Shown: piece by piece, positions 1 through 12,807 of the stretch
Layout of the letters: every line of letters starts with the position of its first letter
Numbering within the stretch: the first letter of the stretch is position 1
Assembly: GCA_025201805.1 (NCBI GenBank)
Contig: MU619282.1
Span: 132,726 to 196,725, forward strand
Direction: 5' to 3'
Origin: Parasitella parasitica NRRL 2501
Lineage: Eukaryota; Fungi; Mucoromycota
Length of the DNA: 64,000 nucleotides
Made by a program: the position numbers and the translations under genes
The notes under the pieces: generated by a model
Seen by the model: only the letters and a program-made list of their open reading frames with translations
Told to the model about the DNA's origin: nothing
The model's database searches: none

Positions 1-2
1 GT

Positions 3-269
3 GGGGAGACGTTAGATATATGCTTCATAGACGAGTACCTAACAAGCCAAGTTTGCAACATCTGTAAAGAACGCAATTTGGAAAATGTTACAACGGCCAA
101 GTCAGTGCAAAGAGTACATACCGTATTGCAGTATCAGCAAAACACTTGTAATACGGTATGGAATCGCGACATAATGGCTGCAAATAACATATTGGACATC
201 TTTCTCTTCGCTGTATTCAATAACAACGAGCGTCCAGACATATTTAAGCGACACACCTCACCCGTATGA
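3..269 (+). CDS. Fanzor/TnpB-like RNA-guided nuclease, C-terminal part (5' end outside window)
   Basis: Frame open from base 3: GETLDICFIDEYLTSQVCNICKE...VHTVLQYQQNTCNTVWNRDIMAANNIL. This is the TnpB/Fanzor order RuvC-II Glu (IDE), Zn ribbon (CxxC...[C>Y]xxxxC), RuvC-III Asp (WNRDxxAAxNI). Confidence 0.85.
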   Translation, partial: GETLDICFIDEYLTSQVCNICKERNLENVTTAKSVQRVHTVLQYQQNTCNTVWNRDIMAANNILDIFLFAVFNNNERPDIFKRHTSPV

Positions 270-965
270 TTGATATAACTCTCTCATACTCCTTACAGAT
301 GTAAGTATATATACATTCTAAACTTCAGTCAATATCCTAACCATTATTTTCTTTTTACCCAAGTTTTTCTGCTTTTCTAAGGTAAATTCATGATCATACT
401 ATAATACCATCAAAAACCAACTTAAATTGTCTAATTTCCATTTTTACTTTTTCCACAATAGGTAAGATAATGGTCCAATAATTAACTCTGATTCGTCTAA
501 AATAATTTCTTTTTTATCTGAAAATAATTATTTTGTTTTCCAAAATAGGTAAGCTTTTTGTCTAAATATTAATTTCAATTCGTCCAGAAAAAAATTAACA
601 TCGTCTGAATTTAAAGTAGAAAAACTGTAATTTGTTGTAATGTCATCCTAGCTAAACGCTCTCTGATTGGCTAATTATTCCATATAAAATGAAAAATTTT
701 CCAAACAATTTTTCGATTACCAAATTTGGAAATTAGCCATCAGGTGATTGAGTTTCTAAAATTGGAGATTTAAACCGTCAAGAATGTTTACTTCATGTAA
801 AAGGCAACTAAAGTAATAAATAGATCAGAGTATATTCCCTGAGTATTGGATCCCTCGTTAATCTCATCAGAGGCTTGATGGTGATCAACTTGGCATTGCA
901 AATACTGCATCCATATTTTTTTAGTTTTTTTTTATTTTCCCAGTAGATGTTGCTCCTGCAACATT

Positions 966-3900
966 TCAAGGCGTTGCATGACTCTCAAAAATATCATAAG
1001 AGTCGTCCGACTTTGAGCTCTGCTGCATGGCAATAGCAATAGGATGCATACTATTATCTAAAACAGCACTTGAAGGGGATGTGGATAAAGATTTCCTGAA
1101 AGAAATTGAAACAGTAGAAGGCCTCTTTCTTATCTGCTGTTGGTTTGAAAAGGGTGATAAAGCATTCAAAGCATGTTGGATCTATAGATTTTGCGAGTTG
1201 AGTATATATATCTGGATAACGGTACTTTATAGAAGACTTACTCTTTTGGCTAATCGACTAACCTGAATATCAGCCACAATCACCTCCCAAGCAAACTCGA
1301 TGCCAAATACCAATTTGATAACATGCGCAACCTTTTTAGCAGTATGTTCGTCTAGGTAACTGTAATCGTCAATAGGTGACATTGGCATTTTGACGGGATC
1401 ATTATCTAAAACATTTTGTACAAGTCTCAAAAGCAAAAGCTGGATGGCGTCCTCGTCGTCTGGATCCGGCATAGGCGGTGCAGTTATCTCAAATGGTATA
1501 CTTCTTGCCATTACCTTGTGCTTGTTGTTATGATGGTATCGGATCTCATAGGTGCCTTCACGCCAGGGTAACTTGGAACCACTAAATACAACGCTGCTGT
1601 GCGTCTTGATTGGTATTTCAGGAGGAAATACAGCCACTCTTTCGCCCTCGTCTTGTGTGAAGTCTACGTTGGTCCAATACCATTTACCGTATGAGCTTAC
1701 TGACGTGGTTTGTTTGCTAGGATTTGACGTGATGCGATAGATGCCAACCCAATCCTTGGACCCATGATATTCAGGAGCAATCCAATCTACCTTGATGCGC
1801 TCACCAATGACGAAACTATTGTGTGCCAGTTCGTTTGTGGGTCGGAAATGAGACAGTGTTAAACCATAAGCTTCATCACTACTGCTACTATTGTTGTCTG
1901 CATCATCGTCACTGGAAGTAGAGATAGAAGGATGTGGTTTGTTATCAGTAAATACTTTTTCGACCTTGGCGATTGTTTCATTGATAGCATTATCGAGTCC
2001 AACATTGGGTGCTTGTTCGTGGACAAACTTTGCGATTTCTTGCTGAACACTGACTGGCAAATTTTTGGGTATGGTTTGAGCAGCATGTCGCAATGTCTTG
2101 GTTAAACCGGCTTCCTTACGAATTTCATCACCATACAATTTTTGCATGTGAGGACGTTCAACGAGCTGCAGGAACAACACGTTTGAAATCTGAGAAAATA
2201 AGGCCAATCCAAATGTATAATGGCTGTAGGTGATCAAGCTGAATCCCCAGAATGCAGCATGGCCCATAATCTTTTCGGGGTTGTTGAGAAATCGATAAAT
2301 TCCAGTGTATAAAAGTCGAGTAGGATGATCATCCATAAAGAAATCTCCATAAAACCAACCAAAATCACCTAGTACTTCGTAGGTAGACACGGATGTCCAG
2401 ATATGCAAACAAACAAATGCCTGTAATATATAAAGTCTTAGTAATCCTCCATTAACAATGCATGTTTACACTCACTAAGCCCAGCGTATGTCTTAATAAT
2501 GTCATGCCATACGTCCAGTCAGTTGGCAGTGAGTATAGCTTGAAACAGAGCGTGATAAAAGAAACATAGGTCATACAAGATGATAAATTATAGATGCTAC
2601 AATACGGAGAGTTAACTCCTGTCACTCTTTTAGCGAAAAACACACCGCATACCTTTTCCAATTCTGAAATGCTTCATTCACTCCTCCACCCCATTTCACA
2701 AAATGTCTAGTGAAAAACTTGTTTTTAGACTGAGCATACAGTAGCCAGCCTAATCCAGCCGAATGAAATAAACGCCAGAACATGGCTTGTAACACTGCAT
2801 AGATTGTACCACATTTGCCTTGCACAAGAAACGGTGTGACAGCGGCATAAACCATGACCAGACCTGATGCCAAATCACTTGATTGACATAAATCAAAGTT
2901 CTTGAAAACAATCAAATCTCGGCGAAAGTAATTACTATAGCTGTTTATCGATAAAACAGACTTGATCAAGGTGGTGGCATCATCGTCTAGAGATTCGTTA
3001 ACAATAGGCTGGCGCTTTGGAGCTGCAGGAGGGTTGTAGGTTTTCTCAATGTCTGTGTTGACAACATACAAAAGCGTTAGTATTGCTTACTAATAATCCA
3101 CAATGTACACCCACGTGGAGTTTCCACCAAGACCAAAAAAGCCATCTGCAGGATATGCGCAAGAATGCTGACAAACAAGACAGTATAACTCGCACAAATC
3201 AAGGAAATACCATAGTAGCCAATATAGCCTACAGAGTACATGGGATGAGGGGCCATTTCAAATACACCGTCAAACGTCAAAGATTGCTCGATCAAGAAGA
3301 AAAAGTCTCCCCAATACCAAGCGAAATCCTTCACAACTCGCTGTGCATCCAATTTCACCCAAATGTTGAACAAGATCAAAAATATACCACCGATCCAACG
3401 CAATTGTTCGTCAATAAAGAAAGATGATTGCGGACTTGTGTTGAACCAAGCGATAGCAAAGCAAACGTACGAGCCAAAATCATTCATCAAGATCAAATCT
3501 ACCAATTGACGAAACAGCAGCCATGTGTTGTACTCGATAGGACTCGAATCAAAGTCGTAATCTTTGTGCATCTTCATTGATAGCTGCATTTTAAGCCATT
3601 TTCTCCACTTTGGATTCTCAAAAACACGATGCTTTTTCACCAATTTGACTAGACCTCGTTTATCGCTCTGATACTTTAACAAGATGCCCAGTCCAACGTT
3701 ATATCCAAACCTCCAAAACAAGAATAGTGCCAAAAACAGATACTGAGACGTTTTGCGAGGCAGGATGAAAAGTAGTGTAATTTCACACATAAGAATAGCC
3801 AGTGTCACAATATCAAATAAACTCTTGGGTTCCTTGGGATCCATCAGCGATTGCACCATCTCTCTTGTTACGGGAACGCGAAACACTACACGTTGCATTT

Positions 3901-4093
3901 GTCAGATCAGTTTTGTATTCATTATCAAGCCAAGCTGTGAAAAATAAAAACCTGTGCCATCTGGAGTTTTTCCTTTCGAATTGCTGTTGTCTTTGGCAGT
4001 GTTGATATCAGCTGATTTTACTCTACTTGTTGAAGTAGCTGTAGTCTTGACTGAAGGTTTGAGCTTCCTGTTTCTTAGAGCAGCCTTCTCCAT
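966..4093 (-). CDS. CHO2: Phosphatidylethanolamine N-methyltransferase (multi-exon)
   Basis: Two PEMT repeats (DFAWYWGDFFF...FDGVFEMAPHPMYSVGY; GDFGWFYGDFF...YTGIYRFLNNPE) and a C-terminal soluble domain. ATG at 4093 (MEKAALRN); GT-AG introns join ORFs 3902-4237, 3077-3898, 2622-3071, 2452-2661, 1227-2408 and 966-1169. Confidence 0.93.
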
Positions 4094-4803
4094 TGTTGAA
4101 ATGAATTGAAGACTAGTTGTATATTTTTGTTGAAAAAATTCACGATATACAAAAGGAAGAATGAAATTAAAACGAGGCCAATCCTGTTTATGCAAATATT
4201 TAGCCAGTAAGAACCAACTATTATTTGACATGTTCATTAATCCATGTCATTGGAGACAATTTTGTCGTATTGGAAAATCCCGTTTTCAAGAAAGTGCCAT
4301 CTTTTATTATATAAGCATAACTGCATACAAAACAATTGTTTAAAAGATCATCAAAGAATTTTCTTGAGCCTTAATAAGATGCGGGATCCTGGGAAATAGC
4401 ATACTTACATGCCTCCTTTATATACTCGATGTGTATTTTCCACTTTCATAATACAGGCCCTATGAGCAGGATTTTACATAATGACGCTGTCTCTCTTAGT
4501 ATGAACTGAGTAAATAACAATGTCCTCGATAAGATCAGCATTAGACTCATCGTTAGTGTATTTTGCTAGCACGCAACGTAAAAACTGTCTGTGCGAGCAT
4601 ACAAAATGTTGAAACTGAGCTGAATATACTATGGAGCACAAGGGGAACGGACGAATGTAATCCCATAAATCTTTTGAACTAGACTCTCCGTTTAGAACAT
4701 TGTATCTAAAAAAAGATCTAAAAAATTTCTTTAAATGAATCCCGCATGATTATAAAACGATACAAGATCCGTAATTTTGGGTTTCTTTTTCGCTTCCATC
4801 AAA

Positions 4804-6018
4804 ATGTCGCATCAACTTAAAATACATGTAGAAAACACTACCCTAATACTGCAGGGAAATCCAGAAGAATCAGTCGGCTGCGTATTAAGAGGTTGTCTTT
4901 TGCTCAATGTCAAGGAAACAATCAAGATCAGATCGATCACGATGAATTTGTCAGGCAAAATAAAATTACAGTGGAGTGAACGCAACCACCAACACAAGAA
5001 GGAATTTACTGTGCTAGAAAACAACTGGAGCTTCTTGTCGCATCAGAAGAAAGTACATGTATTAACTCCCAATGTATACAAATACCCATTTGAGTTCATT
5101 CTTCCTGGCAGCCTGCCTGAATCCATTGACTCATATTCGTACGGCTCTGTTCTATACAAGCTAAAGGCTATTGTTGACCGACCAGCTTTCTCTCCCAACT
5201 TCATTGATCGCCAGGCTCTTCGAATTGCTCGCCACAGCATCCCAGCTTACCACATGTCAAATCTACCCATGCAAATCTCAAATGAGTGGGCCAACAAGAT
5301 TGATTATCGAATTACAGTGCCTAAAAAGATCTACAGCCGTGGAGAGCAAATCCCAATTGACTTTTCGCTTGTGCCAAAGCCAAACTCTGATAGGCTCCAT
5401 GTGCGCTACTTGTCTTGCTTTCTCAAGGAATACACAACTTTTGTGCAAGGTGCCACCGATAGCAACACTCACACAGAATCACGAATTATTCGCTTCTTCA
5501 GGGATGAATCGTTTCCTTCCGAAGGGTTACACTGGAATAAATCAGTAGTCATGACAGTTCCACATTCATTCGATTCGATACAATGTGATACACATAACCA
5601 ATTCTTCAAAATAGAACACAAGCTCAAGTTCACAATGTCCTTAATCAACGGACGAGGGGATCTGTCAGAATTGCGAGCAACAATACCAATTGACATTGTA
5701 GCTCAAAGAATTGAACAACTACAAGAAGATGACGAACTACCAACATACGAAAACGCCTGGAGATCGGCACCATACCCTCCCTTGCCATATCTGGATTCTA
5801 GTTCTCCCCACTCACCAATGGATGATCCGTTTCCGGTCACCCCATCTCACCAAACCCATAGCGACAGAACGGATGATTATTTTGGTTATCAACCGCCTAG
5901 TCAAGTCTGTAGCGGTTCTGATTTGCCATCGTATCATTCACTTGTTTTTTCGACACCTCTTGCCTTGATCGATGAAAATAACAGTCTACCCTCTTATGAA
6001 AATAACAGCTACCGCTGA
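4804..6018 (+). CDS. Alpha-arrestin (ART family ubiquitin-ligase adaptor)
   Basis: Arrestin N and C domains (LRGCLLL, YPFEFILPGSLPESI, YKLKA, IEHKLKF) and three C-terminal LPxY motifs (LPTY, LPSY, LPSY). Single exon. Confidence 0.88.
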   Translation: MSHQLKIHVENTTLILQGNPEESVGCVLRGCLLLNVKETIKIRSITMNLSGKIKLQWSERNHQHKKEFTVLENNWSFLSHQKKVHVLTPNVYKYPFEFILPGSLPESIDSYSYGSVLYKLKAIVDRPAFSPNFIDRQALRIARHSIPAYHMSNLPMQISNEWANKIDYRITVPKKIYSRGEQIPIDFSLVPKPNSDRLHVRYLSCFLKEYTTFVQGATDSNTHTESRIIRFFRDESFPSEGLHWNKSVVMTVPHSFDSIQCDTHNQFFKIEHKLKFTMSLINGRGDLSELRATIPIDIVAQRIEQLQEDDELPTYENAWRSAPYPPLPYLDSSSPHSPMDDPFPVTPSHQTHSDRTDDYFGYQPPSQVCSGSDLPSYHSLVFSTPLALIDENNSLPSYENNSYR

Positions 6019-7362
6019 AAGTGACAATTCGAGGCAACTTGACTAACAGATACCAGCACTACAGCCGTTAAATAGTTGGGTTAATGGTTTGAAAATTCAA
6101 TCATTAAAAATTTAAAAATAATACACGTATGTGATATACACAGAATTGATGAAAGATTTAGATTGTAATTTGAGCCAAGAAATGTTGTATTGCTTGCCAA
6201 ATGTTTAAAGTATCTTCAAATTACACACTTTAACATTAATAAAATAAGATGTAAGGAGTGATCAAAAAGAATATTCGTTTGGCTGATTTAATAGCTGACA
6301 TTGCACAATATCCTTAGAAGGCAAACACGCTAACATGGCTTCAAGAACCCCACTCTTGGAGTATATTACCAAGGTCGAAGAGGCCTAAATGGAACCCAGC
6401 CTATTACTACTGACATGGTACCGAAACATAGGGAAAAAAACAACGAATGTGCCTCCGTAGCATTCCCAAACTATATATTTTGATAGGAAAAAGAGAAAGC
6501 GTAGATGGCGAAAAATCCAGATGGAAGAGGCATAGGCTGTACGAGTGTCGTTGATCGCTTTTACGAATGACGAGTTCGCAATAGTATACTCAAACCTTCA
6601 CAATGATAATATTTGTTTTACAGAAGAAGCAGCAAGTTTTTGGTATACGAAAAAAGTGATTCTTGTCGACCATTTAGTTATGTGAAGCATTTTTTCGTAA
6701 ACAATATGACATTGAAGTATTTGATAATGTTAGTAATAAATAATCACTTTACATTTGATAAGCTGTCATTCAAGGATGCATTGTAAAATTTTATTTGAAA
6801 AAATCATGAGAAAGAACATTTGCTTTGTCCCCAGTCATTTAATGTTAACTCCATATTGTGCTCATCTTTCATTCAAGAGTGTGGACAGTAAAGAAACACA
6901 TATTAGCAGCACCCGTGCAGACGAGCTCAATGAACAAGTGTTTTCACCAACCTCACGAAGCCCTCCATTATTTTATTTTGAAAAAAAAAATTAAACCGGT
7001 CTAACCCTTGTTATTTAATGCCATAGTTTGTATAAAAGCATATTCACAATATTCGTATTGGCTTTTAAAAGCGACAAATGGCTTGAACGATGGATATAAC
7101 CATGGTAAATATAAGGCTTTGTTACACCTGCTCCTCCAGCCAAGCTTGAAATTGTTAGTGCGATTCAAAGTAAATCGTATATGATGTTTAAGAGATATTA
7201 CCCGATAATGCAGCCGTGGACTAATGTTAACTTTGTTAAACAAAGTAACAATTGTCTTTTCTGATAGCAATGAAATATAATTCAGCAAATCATTATATTG
7301 AAAAATTAACTTTAATTGCAACGCACTGTTTCATATAAGAAGCTTTAAACATGTCGTTACAT

Positions 7363-7884
7363 TTATACAACCTTGAATTCTTGATCAAAGTCAGGAGATA
7401 ATAGATAAGTAGTTTTGGCGACAATAGGCCATCCTTCAGAGTAATGCAGGTAAAGGAAGTAGGTGTTTGAAAGACCAAACAAAAGTATAAGAACCCAGTA
7501 AACAAATTTGAGTGTCCCAACAACACATTTTGCCAATCCTTGAAAGAGGACCACTATAGCAATCACTAGAATATACCATTTGCGCTGCCTGGCTTCTGGC
7601 CCAGGATTTTCTTCTCGGTCATTCTCAAATAGAGGAACGGCAGTACGAATCCCTTGACAACTTCGATTTTTTTTTCTATGGATGGCCAATCCCTTGGCTC
7701 CTCTGAGGCCTGTCCGCCCACAAAAAGTACATGCTGCTTTTTTTATATTGGTCATATAAATCAATACTCATATCAAAGTTGCAAAGGTAATCAGCATACC
7801 TAATAAAACTGGTTTTGGCTTGAAAACTTGCGCTTCTTGCTGTTGTTGGCCCTGCTCTACTGGCTGCTCCTGACTATTGCCCAT
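7363..7884 (-). CDS. Small hypothetical membrane protein with a Cys/His cluster
   Basis: Exon 1 MGNSQEQPVEQGQQQQ...PVLL joins by a phase-1 GT-AG intron (about 7738-7799) to AACTFCGRTGLRGAKGLAIHRKKNRSC, followed by two hydrophobic segments. Confidence 0.55.
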
Positions 7885-8811
7885 CTATTGTGATGGTTTC
7901 TTCTTGTTCCAGAGCTTCCCCTCTTTTTAAATACTTTTTGTTCGGCAACAATCAATGTATTATGAAAAGTTTAATATAATGGACATCGCTTATTTGCATA
8001 TATACTCTTTGTTCCTCTAATTTGATATTACTTGATTTATTAATAACCAGCTTCTTAACGGACAAAACGAGTATATTTCATTTAATATCGTATATTAATA
8101 TATAGTCGCGCTAATTTTAATCAATCTAAATTGTTAGGAAATTTAGCTACCAATTTAATGACATAGCAGTTACGGATTGATATTTCAGAGTGGTTATAAA
8201 TCATATTATCAGACATTTGTACCCACGGACAGAGAGAGTGATATGTGCAAGTAGCCGTATCATACATTTGTGGGCTATATAGTAATTGATGTTGATGTGG
8301 TGCACATACTTTGCATTTGTCAAACATTAAATAAAACAAGCTTTTTCTTTCGTAAATTTAATTTTACATTTTTCTACATGCAAACCTCTCTAGCGTATAT
8401 TTATTTATACCGTATTATACCGTACTATTGAAAAGTATGCCCTAGTTTTTACAGTCAGCAAACAGACTATCTGTCAGTTTATAACTAATACACATTATTG
8501 TATTCACCAAAAATCGTACATATCAATAGATAAACTTCTTATCAGATTTCTTTAGTATTTTGAGAACAATAGCTGTACTATCGTCATTTATAGTAAATGT
8601 TCAGGAAATAAGCTTCCCCAAATTGATGTTGTTATGAGAGAAGCCTATCATATCAATCTATTTTAAAATACACTTATTATTCATTAAATCGAGTGAAGTT
8701 TTGAGATATATTTTTGTGCGGTAAATGTCTGATTCATCTGCTTATAGTTGTAATTTTATTTAATCTGTGTGCATTCAGTATACAAGCAAACGCTCCAGAT
8801 ATTATGTAGGT

Positions 8812-9369
8812 TTACAATTTAGTTGATTCGTTTTTTTTTTTTGAAAGTCTAGAACGTTTATAACAGGTTTGTTTGCAGTTTTTTGGCTTGATTAGAGCAG
8901 CATTAACTTGTAGGGCTTCTTGCTTGATGATATCGTTATTAAGCTCTTGAGAATAATCAATAAACTCATATTCTTGTCTATCAAGTCTTTCTTGTTGATA
9001 GGAAGACATAATACCGTAGACATTGCGAGGGTTTTCGTATATGCCAGGCATACAAGTAGTCATAGCAGTGGCCAAATCAAATTGCATAGCATCTTTAGCT
9101 TGCTGGGCAGAAGAAAATGGAACCTTTGAAAAATACCCAACTTGCACAGCCTTTTGAATGCGCTCAACAACTACTATATAATCAAGTTCAAAAGCAAAGG
9201 CATCATCAGGATCACAAAAAGCCCCCAAAATTTCATATGCTTTGGTACCGGTGGTAGGCAAGGTTTTTTGGAAAGCGTGAGCAGCGGAAAAGGCAGCCGA
9301 GTTGTAAACTTGTTTGACAATAGTACCAAGGAAGGAGAAAAGCTTGCTTTTAAGAGAGGCAAAGAGCAT
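8812..9369 (-). CDS. Hypothetical protein
   Basis: About 185-aa ORF from MLFASLKSK in AT-rich sequence, with a TATA-like TATATAAA about 55 nt upstream. No recognisable domain. Confidence 0.45.
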   Translation of the reverse strand: MLFASLKSKLFSFLGTIVKQVYNSAAFSAAHAFQKTLPTTGTKAYEILGAFCDPDDAFAFELDYIVVVERIQKAVQVGYFSKVPFSSAQQAKDAMQFDLATAMTTCMPGIYENPRNVYGIMSSYQQERLDRQEYEFIDYSQELNNDIIKQEALQVNAALIKPKNCKQTCYKRSRLSKKKNESTKL

Positions 9370-10399
9370 GTGAAGAATGAAATAAAGTGTCGAACTGTAT
9401 AAAAATATAAATCTCACTCTTTTATATACCTTGAATTACTCACTGAAACGCTGATAGATTAAATGTTTGCTTAAGCTTTAAGCACAACGGAACCTTCCTG
9501 AGAGTATATTTTTAGCTTTTAATGCCTATTCTACCGATCAAATTTTTAAAAACTGTCCAAAGTTGGTCTGATCGCTGGATTCACAAGTATATGACGATAG
9601 ACTGTGCTTTTGAGTATTTCTTTAAATCTTGAACTCCATCAAATCATGGATGTTGTAGACAATTGGGCGTAGCTTGTTGAAATCAAATCGAATATTCACA
9701 CCAGTTTTAATAAATAATTCCATTTCTCAACTACATTACATCCAATTTCAATTTACAATTAAATGGTTCAAGTATAAAAGTCAACTATCACAGCGCCATT
9801 AAGATTGTCTTTTAATTAAGGAATCTGCAAAATAATAGCTGCATATGACAGTGGCAGCAATGAATATCGTTCCTAGGTATGTTGGTGTGTGGTAAAATAT
9901 GGGGTTTCACATAATAACAGTTTATCAATTACATACAGAGTAATCTATAGGGTGGATACAACGGGTTGTCTTTGGGAATAAAGAGCGTGGAGTGGAATCT
10001 TTAGCATCATCAATAAAATTAATACACCTTTTGTGTTGTTGGTTTAGTTTTACAGGAAACAGAATAGGGACTGCAGCATTGAGGATTTGAATCTGATTTG
10101 AATCTGATGGTTGATGGAAATTTAGTGCAATTAGTTGCTTTTACGACTGCATGAACTCCTATGTTACTTTATAAGTTGGAGAAGATGATGACAGCTTTTG
10201 TGGATTTTGCAACCAGTTTTCTACCTTTGGGTCTCTTTTAGATGTATGTAATGCATGAGCGATACTGTGCTATTTTATAGCATAATCACTAATATCATTG
10301 GCTGATTACTCTGGATAAAGACATCCTTACACGAAACTGCATGAACGAGCAGAAGTAAGATGTAGGTAAGTACCGCAAAGAAGTCTGATGTGATTTGGA

Positions 10400-11240
10400 T
10401 TTTTATTCATGTAAGGTAAAATACTTACGATATTTGGTCATAACTTCAGCTAAAAAAAACCCCCTTGAACCGAGATCTAACTTGGAGAATATACTGTTGA
10501 TTTGACGCTATTTGGGGATGAAAATGCTGTTTTTATTGATATCTATAATATTAGCAGAAGTAATAACCATATGGAAATTGCATATGATTGCTGATATAAG
10601 CTACGGTAAAGAGCAGCATAAAGCCTGTTTTATGCTTCGCTAAAACAGGCATGATCATCGTTATCTGAACATAACTTGGTTTCCACTTGGCGATGTCTCT
10701 ATCTAAAGTAATTGTCTGCAAAAACAGTTTTATTTTTCATAATTTATCATAAATATCAGATATTTGCTCATAAATTCTGCTAAGAAAATGTTCATAGAAC
10801 CGAGATCTAACTTCGGAATCTTAGGGCTGACTTGGTGCTATCTGGCAACGACATTGGTTTCCATGTTTTCATTGAAATCAACAAAGTTCTCAGACTCTAT
10901 CACAAATTTTCATATCAGAATTACATATAATCGATGATAGGCTTCGATAAACAGCAAAAGAAACACTGTCTTATGCGCTATAAGATCAGGTATGATCATC
11001 GCTATTTGAGCATAACTTGGTTCCCATTGGGCGATGCCTCTATCAAAAGTTATCTGCAAAAACAGTTGCATTTATCATAGTTTTTATCAATATCTATAAA
11101 GTTATTAGATGATATAACAAATTCACATATGAAAATTGCATATAAAATTGGTGGTAGGCTTCGATGAAGAGGAAATCAAAGCCTGTCTTATGCGTCATCA
11201 AATCAGGCATGATCATCACTATCTGAGCATAGCTTGGCAC
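10400..11240. repeat. Degenerate tandem repeat (about 330-bp period, third copy partial) with conserved hairpin
   Basis: GAACCGAGATCTAACTT at 10467 and 10797. Core CTGT.TTATGC...CAGG.ATGATCATC..TAT.TGA.CATA.CTTGG at about 10625, 10966 and 11183. Confidence 0.85.
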
Positions 11241-11542
11241 CGCGCCCTAATTGAAGGCGATCTGTGGTTATATTTCAAATGGTCACATTTTATTGTAGTG
11301 AATTTATCATTTTTATGTAACTGTCAAAAATGGAAGGATTTTGTTTAATGGAATTAATAAGCGGTCGTAAGAGCTGCATTGGCAGATGCAAAAATTAGAG
11401 AAAGACTATAAAAATGCATTTATTGATATACGTATAATATCGTTATAAACTGACACAATCCATAGCAATCGGAAATCATAAAAGCTTATATATAAAGGAT
11501 AAAAAGTAGAATAATGCTATTATAATTATTTACATTGTTTTA

Positions 11543-12464
11543 TTAGCTCGACATCTTCTTAGCCTTCTTTGCACGGTAGGCTTCAATGACCTTTTCTCTC
11601 TCATTGTCTAGTTGAATACGTGCGGCTGCACTCATATTTTGGATCTTTCTCTTATGAGACGCTTTCAATGCCTTCATATTCTCATCCTCTTCAGATTCAT
11701 ATCCAGTATCCTTCTTGACTACTGCTGCCTTTGTTGTTGTTGTAGTAGTAGTAGTAGTAGTAGTAGATAGTGCCTTTTTGTTCTTTTGCTCAAGCATCTA
11801 ATGAAAAGAAGGGTTCAATATCTCTGTTGTTTACATCTCCAATATTAAGGTCTGCTAATAATACCTCTTTGCCACGCCCGCGTGCTTTGGGTATTTTTTT
11901 CAAAACAGGTGGTGCATTAGCAACTTCACCAAATTTGACATTATCCTTCAAGTCATCGAAATCTCGCCCACCATACAGATCCAATTCTTTTTGCAATTTA
12001 GCCGCTTTTTTTTGTTTCCTAGTCTCTTGGTTACGCTTTTTTCTGTCACTCACAGACTTGGATTTCTTTTGTGCTTCAATTATCTCTGATTGGAATTCGC
12101 TTTCTACTCTTTGGACAAAATCTTTCATTTTTTCACCAGGTTGAATATTGATATTTTTTTTCTGAATGAAACTTGGTTAGAAATCGGATACATTTTCAAG
12201 GATATCACTTATTTACAGTAGCAATAGCATCGATATTCTTCTTGGCCTCCCTCTTTTCCTGTTGCCTTTTGATGGCCATTTCCTTGAATCTTAATAAGCG
12301 GGAAAATCCTTTTGGAGTGTCCTCAGTCTGCGCATCATCTTTAGAGACTGGCATATCCTTTCTATGTAATACGTATAAATATTTCAGATCAGAGCTAAAT
12401 AAATTGCAACTTACTCCTGCTGTCTGGCTTTACGAACGCTCGCTTTTGCTCTTTTATGTGGCAT
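11543..12464 (-). CDS. CCDC137-like basic nucleolar coiled-coil protein
   Basis: MPHKRAKASVR start, DTPKGFSRLL, IQPGEKMKDF, VKFGEVANAPP and EREKVIEAYR motifs. Three short introns. Confidence 0.7.
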
Positions 12465-12807
12465 TATTGATGGTTTCCTTGATTATAAAAAGAATTCTCA
12501 TTATTACTTCCTCAAATGTGAAAGAAATACAGTCCTCGAAAGCAGTCTTCTAGGTATGGTACAGTATGGTGCTGTTTGGTTGCCAATGAAGCACTGTCTT
12601 GCTAACATTTACGGTGAATAAACCGTATAACCTCTAAGGATTTATTCAAGCAAGGGCAATAAATATCAAGCATTGAATGTAGCCAAAAAACGCAATAGCT
12701 TCAGCCCAAGCATACTATTTTAAATTGCTAAAATACCATAAAGTCTGAGTAAATGAGATACTTTTTTGTGTTGGTGGTAAGAAGAAAATGTATGCAGTTC
12801 CATCGTA

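Noticed and set aside
11731-11766. (TTG)n/(TAG)n microsatellite
   Set aside because: Encodes a poly-Thr tract within the CCDC137-like gene; ordinary low complexity.
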